This document shows positions 36,493 to 42,746 of a DNA stretch of 42,746 nt, piece by piece. The position numbers and the translations under genes are program-made. The notes under the pieces are model-generated. The model ran no database searches, was not told where the DNA came from, and was given only the letters and a program-made list of their open reading frames with translations. Source of the DNA: Candidatus Schekmanbacteria bacterium (GTDB taxonomy: Bacteria > SZUA-182); contig JACRJN010000162.1 of NCBI GenBank assembly GCA_016235675.1, positions 1 to 42,746 on the forward strand, read 5' to 3'. Each line of letters opens with the position of its first letter. Position 1 is the first letter of the stretch.

Positions 36493-37431
36493 TCAGTTCC
36501 CGGCTGGAGCGGGTATTTCCAGCGTCATTCCTAAGGTCTGATAGATATATTTATCGCCGAATTTTTCCTTCAGGATCGGCTCGGCATCAAGGGTGCAATG
36601 AGTGGGAATAATTTTCTGAACGCCTGCGGCCAATAACTCGTCGGCAATCTTGCGGTAATCCTCATCGCGGTAATAAGTCATCTGGGGGATATTTTCCACC
36701 CTGCCGTCCGGCATTTTTACCGCTTTGCCGGGGCGCAAAAGACGGGTGCCTCCGGCAATCAGCCAGACCCTTTTTTCGCCGGTTGACTCGATGCTCTTTT
36801 TCATGATGTTGACGATTCGGGGATGACCGCAGCCCTGAAGGATAACCAATCCGTCCTTGGTTTTAACGATAATGTGTACCTCTTGCAGCCCCATCGGGCC
36901 GCCTTCAAAACGCGGGCTTTGCAGGCTCATGACCAAAATATTCGGGGTCAGGGCGATCAGGTCCGGTACGTTGATAAAATTTTGTGCCCATTCGCCTTTT
37001 CCCAGCCCCTCGGCCACCACTTCCGTGGTATAAACCGGCAGAGATGGTTTGGCGCGCAGCAAATAGCCGATGCCATCCACCATTTCCCAATGATGGTGGG
37101 AGATAACCACCGCATCCAAGCTTTGCGGGTCGATTTTTAGGGCTTCCATGTTGTTACGCAAAACATTCTCATCCCCCCCGGCGTTGAAAAGAATCCGGCG
37201 TCCGTCATACTCCAGTAAAATCACCAATCCCCAGGCCGGTTGACAAGTTTTCACCAGCAATTCCCGGTCCCCGTATAAAAATGTGATGCGGGGCGAACCG
37301 GTGTTTGTGCCTTTAGCCATAACCGGCTTTGTGCCTGTTGCCGCCGGTTGAGCGGTCGGAGTGTTTTGGGCGATGATTTCAGAGGAACAAGCCATGAAAA
37401 AACAACAGAGTAAAATCAAGAGCTTGCGCAT
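36493..37431 (-). CDS. MBL-fold metallo-hydrolase, secreted/lipoprotein (putative)
   Basis: Signal peptide with Cys. An HHH-x-E..D metal motif sits in an MBL-like context. Confidence 0.45.
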   Translation of the reverse strand: MRKLLILLCCFFMACSSEIIAQNTPTAQPAATGTKPVMAKGTNTGSPRITFLYGDRELLVKTCQPAWGLVILLEYDGRRILFNAGGDENVLRNNMEALKIDPQSLDAVVISHHHWEMVDGIGYLLRAKPSLPVYTTEVVAEGLGKGEWAQNFINVPDLIALTPNILVMSLQSPRFEGGPMGLQEVHIIVKTKDGLVILQGCGHPRIVNIMKKSIESTGEKRVWLIAGGTRLLRPGKAVKMPDGRVENIPQMTYYRDEDYRKIADELLAAGVQKIIPTHCTLDAEPILKEKFGDKYIYQTLGMTLEIPAPAGN

Positions 37432-37443
37432 AATGGGTTTCCT

Positions 37444-37812
37444 TTATTCGATGAAATTAAACGCATCGGAAATTAATTCAATCTTCCGCAAACTGCCGTT
37501 ATTACTCAATAATACCGCAATTACATCGAAACGGCAATCCTGATTAGTGATTTGATGTTCATTAAGATAAGTTAAGGCGGTTTGCGACATTTTTTTCTGT
37601 TTGCTGATAGTTACCGCCGCCTGCGGTGTTCCGAATCCGTTGCCGCAGCGGGTCTTTACTTCTACAAAGACCAGTACCGAACCAGATTGAGCGATTAGAT
37701 CGATTTCTCCCCACCGGCAATGGTAATTTGTTTGCAAAACCTGGTAGCCGTTATTTTTCAGCCAAGCCAGGGCGAAGGTTTCTCCCAGTTTTCCGGTTTG
37801 CAGATGTTGCAT
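37444..37812 (-). CDS. yraN: YraN family endonuclease (UPF0102)
   Basis: GETFALAWLKNNGYQVLQTNYHCRWGEIDLIA. The start is set at the Met of MQHLQTG because the longer ORF's N-terminus lies in a repeat. Confidence 0.7.
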   Translation of the reverse strand: MQHLQTGKLGETFALAWLKNNGYQVLQTNYHCRWGEIDLIAQSGSVLVFVEVKTRCGNGFGTPQAAVTISKQKKMSQTALTYLNEHQITNQDCRFDVIAVLLSNNGSLRKIELISDAFNFIE

Positions 37813-37831
37813 GATTATTGACCCTGTATTT

Positions 37832-38107
37832 GGTAGCACAGGCATCTTGCCTGTGATGTAGGCAACGCCCACACAAAAACGGCACAATTCCTGGAAGTTG
37901 TCAGTTAATATCGTTTTCTAGTTGTCATTCCCAAATGGTGTTATCGGGAATCTGGTTTAACTGCTTGAAAAACCATATCCGTCCCCGAAGTCTTTATCGG
38001 GGATAAAAGCATTCGGGGATGACAGTGTGTCTTATCAACTAGAAAACGATATAAATCGAAAGCTTCCGTGCTATGCCACAACACACAGGCAGGATGCCTG
38101 TGCTACC
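37832..38107. repeat. fragment of the gvp-flanking inverted-repeat family, interrupted by a family F MITE (37912-38048, terminal repeats cgttttctagttg / caactagaaaacg)
   Basis: tggtagcacaggcatcttgcctgtgatgtaggcaacgcccacacaaaaacggcac matches the inverted-repeat interior. cacaggcaggatgcctgtgctacc reappears at 38084-38107. Confidence 0.7.
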
Positions 38108-38532
38108 AAACTAAATAACTCCCGCTCTTTCGCCTCCATAACCGCCGCCTCATGATCCTTGATATGGTCATAGCCCAGCAAATGCAATAAGCCGTGGATC
38201 AACAGGATAATCAATTCCCGTTCCAACGGGTGCCCGGCTGCGTCGGCCTGTCGGCCTGCGGTGGGAATGCTGACAACAATATCTCCTAACAGCCCGCCAT
38301 TTATGGCATCAGGCGTCATTCCTTCCTGCTGTGGGAAAGATAAAACATCGGTCGGGGCGTCTTTTTGCCGGTATTGAAGATTTAGTTTACGAATATAGGC
38401 ATCGTCCGCCAAAAGAACGCTTACTTCGACATCCGTTTTTCCCAGATGCTTTAATAAGTTACGCAGAACCTGCTTTAAGCGGTTGGTTTGAATCTTTTGC
38501 TGCTTTTGCTTATTTCTAATATAGACGGGCAC
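38071..38532 (-). CDS. ybeY: rRNA maturation RNase YbeY
   Basis: HGLLHLLGYDH zinc-binding motif. Confidence 0.85.
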   Translation of the reverse strand: MPVYIRNKQKQQKIQTNRLKQVLRNLLKHLGKTDVEVSVLLADDAYIRKLNLQYRQKDAPTDVLSFPQQEGMTPDAINGGLLGDIVVSIPTAGRQADAAGHPLERELIILLIHGLLHLLGYDHIKDHEAAVMEAKERELFSLVAQASCLCVVA

Positions 38533-40844
38533 GTCGGTTCCTGTTTTTCCGGTTTATCCGGACGGGGATATTCAATCCGGGAATGATAAATGCTGGTTAG
38601 AATGCGGGCGAAGGCCATCATGATTTCGCTCAAATTTTTCAGGGTAAGATCGCACTCATCCAGTTGTCCGGTATTGTATATATCGTGAATTGTCCGATGC
38701 GCTAATTCTTCCATTTTTTGCGGAGTAGGGTTTTGAACACTGCGGGAAGCAGCCTCTAAAACATCGGCCAGCATGATAATCCCGCTCTCTTTGGTTTGCG
38801 GCTTGGGGCCGGGATAGGAATAATCATCCTCTTTTACAATATGCAGATGGGCATTTTCTTGTTGCTTAGCCTTTTGATAAAAATATTGAATCAAGCTGGT
38901 GCCGTGATGTTGCTGAATTATATCAATAAGTAATGGAGGGAGTTTATATTCCCGCGCCAGTTCCAGACCTTCCTTGATATGGGAAACTATGATTAAATTG
39001 CTCATGCTGGGGGTGAGCTTAAGATGCTTATTTTCCTGATCGATCTGGTTTTCGATATAGTATTCCGCCTTGGAGATTTTGCCGATGTCATGGTAATAGG
39101 CCGCGATTCTGACCAGTAAGGGATTGGCGCCGACAGCCTCGGCGGCAGCCTCCGCTAAGGTGCCGACTACAATGCTGTGTTGATAGGTCCCCGGAGCTTC
39201 CAAGGCCAGGCGCTTGAGCAGGGGTTGATTCATATCGGAAAGTTCCAGCAGGCGAATATCGGTTGTTACCTTAAAGATCATTTCCAATAAGGGAACAAGC
39301 GCTGAAGCCAGTGTTGCCACCAGCACCCCCCCGACTATACCGCCCAAACAATCATGCAAAAATTCGGGAGTCAGGGATTTGCCTTGCATTAAGCTGACAG
39401 GCACGATTATCAAGACATTGGCTGCGGAGATTTTTAGTCCGACCTTCAAAAGAGCGGTACGCTGCTTGATGTGGGTTATTCCGAAAACCGCCGCGATACT
39501 GCCGATGGCCGCCGGGAAGAAAAATATGAATTTGTTTCCCATTTGAATGGCGGCTAAAATCCCCACTAAAAATGAATAGATCATGCCGAACTGTGCATCC
39601 GCTAAAATCGCCACCAGCAATCCGCCCAAGGCGAAGGGAACAGCGTAGGAATAAGCCGATACGCTGATGTCCGGGGTAGAGCTGGAAAGGGCGTTGGAGA
39701 TAAAGATAAAAAACCGGGTTAAGGAAAAAGTGATTAATAGAATTACTAAAAAAAGGTAAATATTGGTCGGATTGCTTACGATTTTGGGACGAAAGATTTT
39801 TAAATATTGGTACATTAATAATAACAATACCGAGATTAGCAAAAATGCGCCGATAAAAAAGGTGTGTTGTTTGTGCAGTTGCGCCAACATGGTAAGGGCG
39901 TTTAATCTAAGCACCTGATCTTCCCGGACGCGTTCCCCTTCACGAACAATCATTTCTCCCTTTTTTATTTGGAAATAAACCGGTTTAACGCTCAGCATCA
40001 CATCTGCTTTACTTTTTTCCGTGGCGCTTTTATTGAAAAACAGGTTGGGGGCTACCGCTAATTGGGCGATCTCCACTGCCGCCCGCTGGCTTTTGTCATC
40101 GGCTTTGAAAATTTGGGGAGCGATTTGTGCAATTTTTTGTTTAACGTCGTCAACATCTCTGATACCGGATGTATCTTGAACCACGGTTACTCTGCTATCC
40201 TTGATATTTCGTTTAATAATTCCCTGATTTTTTTCTGCCGACAACAATTCCTTGTTATCTACGATTTCATCAACCATTACCAGTCTGATAGATCTTTTTG
40301 CCGCTTCTTTTATTGGAGTGTCGAAAAGGGGGTTTTGCAAAACCAGAAAAGTTTCCAAGGAAACCGGCAATACATCTTTACTTTTTAAATTATTCCATTG
40401 TTTTTCCGCATCGGATATTTTTTCTTCGGATAAATTGGTTTTAGTGTGGAATAAATCCTCTATTTTGTTTATCGCCTGTTCTGCGTTTTGTTCAAAATCA
40501 AAAATAGGCAACACCTGAGTCAGGGCTTCATTCTGTCGTTTACGGGTGGAAAATTCATCCTCCACCGAAAAATCCGCCGGCGCTTTAATATCCACCTGGC
40601 TAATATCCCCCACCGATAAAGTAAAACTGGGTATCAATAAAGCTGGAGAAAGAAGAAAGGCCAAAACAAGCGCGGTGATTAGCCCCAAACAGACCAGTAT
40701 TGGTTTATTGCCATATTTGGAAAGGAAATCTTCTGCCGATGGGAATGTTATCTTAGATAAATTCATTAATTTTTTAACCTTGAATAAATTGGAGCCGGGA
40801 CTATGTCGCCATGTAGTTACCTGATTCATCAGGTACAACCCCAA
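38475..40844 (-). CDS. pgpH: 7TM-receptor / HD-domain phosphohydrolase (PgpH-like c-di-AMP phosphodiesterase)
   Basis: Extracellular domain, 7 TM helices, and an HD domain (HSIVVG...YYHDIGK). Adjacent to ybeY, as is typical. Confidence 0.8.
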   Translation of the reverse strand: MGLYLMNQVTTWRHSPGSNLFKVKKLMNLSKITFPSAEDFLSKYGNKPILVCLGLITALVLAFLLSPALLIPSFTLSVGDISQVDIKAPADFSVEDEFSTRKRQNEALTQVLPIFDFEQNAEQAINKIEDLFHTKTNLSEEKISDAEKQWNNLKSKDVLPVSLETFLVLQNPLFDTPIKEAAKRSIRLVMVDEIVDNKELLSAEKNQGIIKRNIKDSRVTVVQDTSGIRDVDDVKQKIAQIAPQIFKADDKSQRAAVEIAQLAVAPNLFFNKSATEKSKADVMLSVKPVYFQIKKGEMIVREGERVREDQVLRLNALTMLAQLHKQHTFFIGAFLLISVLLLLMYQYLKIFRPKIVSNPTNIYLFLVILLITFSLTRFFIFISNALSSSTPDISVSAYSYAVPFALGGLLVAILADAQFGMIYSFLVGILAAIQMGNKFIFFFPAAIGSIAAVFGITHIKQRTALLKVGLKISAANVLIIVPVSLMQGKSLTPEFLHDCLGGIVGGVLVATLASALVPLLEMIFKVTTDIRLLELSDMNQPLLKRLALEAPGTYQHSIVVGTLAEAAAEAVGANPLLVRIAAYYHDIGKISKAEYYIENQIDQENKHLKLTPSMSNLIIVSHIKEGLELAREYKLPPLLIDIIQQHHGTSLIQYFYQKAKQQENAHLHIVKEDDYSYPGPKPQTKESGIIMLADVLEAASRSVQNPTPQKMEELAHRTIHDIYNTGQLDECDLTLKNLSEIMMAFARILTSIYHSRIEYPRPDKPEKQEPTCPSILEISKSSKRFKPTA

Positions 40845-40884
40845 TGCTGTTGACTTAAGAGTCAGAAACGTACTATGGAGTTGA

Positions 40885-40990
40885 AATTAATATGAAAATC
40901 TCCCCCAACTCCTCTTTGCCAAAGAGGGGAGTTACTTCACTTTCCCCCATAAGCTCCGGGGGACTGAGGGGGATTTTATAATTGCAACAT
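40885..40990. repeat. family G hairpins (cctctttgccaaagagggg; gggggattttata)
   Basis: Related copies at 24885-24925 and 42644-42734. Confidence 0.6.
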
Positions 40991-41084
40991 TCCTTACGTC
41001 AACAGCATTGAGGTACCGCCCATGGTACCCGATAAATCGGGTAACTACATTGACCGGGGGGTAGGCTGTTTTATAAAAGAAAAA

Positions 41085-41119
41085 GGCTAAAAGACCTTCT
41101 TTCCGAAGATCTTTTAGCC
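41085..41119 (-). terminator. rho-independent terminator of the LysM gene
   Basis: ggctaaaagaccttc/gaagatcttttagcc stem, followed on the minus strand by tttttctttt. Confidence 0.6.
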
Positions 41120-41152
41120 AAAAAGTACCACACAAATCACTTTTGTGTTTGA

Positions 41153-42115
41153 TTATTTCCCGTCATATAAAGACCATGGGCCGCGATTTTGAGCAAAACG
41201 TTTCGCTTTAGCCACTTCATCCGTGGTGGCCTGTTTATTTATTTTAAATTCCTGTCTGGGAAAAATCAAATCCGGGTCTTTAATTTGATCACGATTAGCT
41301 TGATAAATCAAGGGCCATTGGAACGGATCATTGTAAGCAGCATCACTTTCCGAGATTCTCCAAAGGCATTCTCCCTTTTCAACCGTATGGGTTCTGGCAG
41401 CCAGTGCAGCGGCTAGTGCAGCAGCTTCTTCCGCCGCTTTGCGCCTGGCTTCCTCTTCCACTCTCAATCTGGCGGTTTCTTCTTCGGCTCTGCGTTTAGC
41501 GGCTTCCTCTTCCGCCCTTTGTCTGGCGAGAAGAACCTCTTCCGCCGCTTTGCGTCTGGAGTCTTCTTCCGCCCGCAATCTTGACATATTAGTCAGATTT
41601 TTAGCAAAAGTTATCGCTTCTCTGCCTTTTTTAATCACATCTAAATATTTCTCGGCTTGATAATCGGCTTCCATCTCACCTAATGTCCGGGCTACTTTAT
41701 TTTTATCCTCGGCGAAATAGCGATCGGCACCGGCGCTTTCCGCTTCTTTCAGAGCGGCTTTCAATTGGTTGATGATGTCTTCCGCTTCAACCTTTGCCCT
41801 TTGTTTTGCACTTATTGCATGATCTCTTGCGGCATTGGATAAGGTGGTACTCTCCAAAGCGGCTTTACGCGCCTCTTCATATTCCTTGCTTTCCAATTCA
41901 GCGCGAGCCTGCGCCAATCTTTCTTCGGCGCTTTTATACTCGTCTGGCACATACAAATCCGCTTCCGCCAGTTTTGCCGCAGCTAATGCCGCTTCAGCAT
42001 CCGCCATTTCTTTGGTCGGCGGCTTGGAACATCCGGCGGCAACAATTACAATGAATAAAAGGCTCAAGATACCATTCAAGTAAAAACCTTTATCCCTTTT
42101 GAACATATCGGACAC
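41153..42115 (-). CDS. membrane-anchored coiled-coil protein with C-terminal LysM domain
   Basis: N-terminal TM helix, Ala/Glu/Arg-rich helical repeats, and a C-terminal LysM (HTVEKGECLWRIS...IFPRQEFKI). Confidence 0.6.
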   Translation of the reverse strand: MSDMFKRDKGFYLNGILSLLFIVIVAAGCSKPPTKEMADAEAALAAAKLAEADLYVPDEYKSAEERLAQARAELESKEYEEARKAALESTTLSNAARDHAISAKQRAKVEAEDIINQLKAALKEAESAGADRYFAEDKNKVARTLGEMEADYQAEKYLDVIKKGREAITFAKNLTNMSRLRAEEDSRRKAAEEVLLARQRAEEEAAKRRAEEETARLRVEEEARRKAAEEAAALAAALAARTHTVEKGECLWRISESDAAYNDPFQWPLIYQANRDQIKDPDLIFPRQEFKINKQATTDEVAKAKRFAQNRGPWSLYDGK

Positions 42116-42258
42116 CTCCCCCAGCTAGATGAAAAAACTTTATATATAAAACTTTATATGAAACTATTAATATCACCCACATTTTAAATTTACCATTAAC
42201 CGGATTATTTGTCAAGAAATATCAGTAACCCAAACAGGGCGGCACTGTTGCAAAAAAA

Positions 42259-42350
42259 TTGGTCGGGTAGCAATAGGGAGACCCCAAAGTGTGATTGCTT
42301 CGCTCCGCTCGCAATCACACTTTGGGGTCTCCCTATTGCTACGCGACCAA
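42259..42350. repeat. 40 bp-arm near-perfect palindrome (ttggtcgggtagcaatagggagaccccaaagtgtgattgc / rc) with a family D-like core
   Basis: Arms read directly, with one mismatch in 40 bp. Confidence 0.8.
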
Positions 42351-42643
42351 AAAACTTTAAGATTACCCCCCCTATGTCTTCCTCTGTTTCCCCCAATTTT
42401 TCTTGCAACATAACCCCGCGAAAAGGCTACTATCTTCTCTGGACAAACACGGATTTCTCCACAAGGAAGGAGCTGGTACAGGGGCCTGCTATATACTATC
42501 CTCAAAAAAGTGAGGCGAAAAATAAACGGGTCAAAACGGGTCACGGCCATGACCCGATTATTTATAAGTAGCGGCAAACAGATTAGCATAATTCACTAAC
42601 GGGAGGTAAGCCTTCAGTGAAGGGGGGAAAGGGTGTTTGCAAT

Positions 42644-42734
42644 TATAAAATCCCCCCCGCCCCCCTTTTCCAAAGGGGGGAAACCATAATCTCCCCCTTT
42701 GGAAAAGGGGGATTAAGGGGGATTTTATAATTTT
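42644..42734. repeat. family G element bounded by tataaaatccccc / gggggattttata
   Basis: Inverted termini read directly. Confidence 0.6.
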
Positions 42735-42746
42735 CCCCACCTTTCA

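Noticed and set aside
42209-42589. Two ~120-aa ORFs on opposite strands at the right end
   Set aside because: They overlap each other almost completely across a 92 bp perfect palindrome and repeat DNA. They have no motifs and are probably artefacts.
1-42746. CRISPR array
   Set aside because: The repeats are palindromic dispersed elements with irregular spacing and heterogeneous families. There is no regular repeat-spacer periodicity and there are no cas genes.
1-42746. Cyanobacterial origin, suggested by gas vesicles plus MITE richness
   Set aside because: The cluster lacks the gvpC/J/K order typical of cyanobacteria. The third diaphorase subunit is an 813-aa MopB protein rather than HoxU. 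GC is about 50% and there are no photosynthesis genes. The taxon is left unassigned.

Overview
This 42.7 kb window has ~50% GC and is unusually rich in repeats. Its most notable content is a non-canonical gas-vesicle gene cluster with two DnaJ-type zinc-finger proteins and inverted repeats around the gvpA module. Roughly 48 protein genes can be supported from the sequence; no rRNA, tRNA, CRISPR array or transposase gene was recognised.

- **Gas-vesicle cluster (337-7772, all minus strand):** unmistakable gvpA, gvpN, three gvpF/L-family genes, a gvpG-like gene and an Hsp20 gene, plus several accessory genes of unclear function. gvpJ, gvpK and gvpM are not visible in the window.
- **Non-coding repeat region (7800-9110):** ~1.3 kb of nested palindromic repeats, containing a consensus sigma70 promoter and a palindrome upstream of nuoE.
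- **Plus-strand block (9113-14451):** a NuoE/NuoF/NuoG-like module, as found in soluble NAD(H)-linked formate dehydrogenase or hydrogenase diaphorases, followed by two tandem cNMP-binding proteins that lack an effector domain.
- **Housekeeping and other genes:** dapF, a HEPN/MNT toxin-antitoxin pair, acpS-pdxJ-GNAT, a DMT-like membrane protein, mlaE, a DUF4258/DUF2283 pair, a histidine-rich membrane protein, argH, an outer-membrane-like secreted protein and rnhB. There is also a RelE-like pair, the conserved rplS-trmD-rimM-KH-rpsP-ffh operon, two VWA membrane proteins with a B12/radical-SAM enzyme, an MBL hydrolase, yraN, ybeY-pgpH and a LysM protein.
- **Repeats:** at least eight families of small palindromic or MITE-like repeats are scattered through the window, several inside operons.

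The likely source is a diderm anaerobe, but this is a guess.
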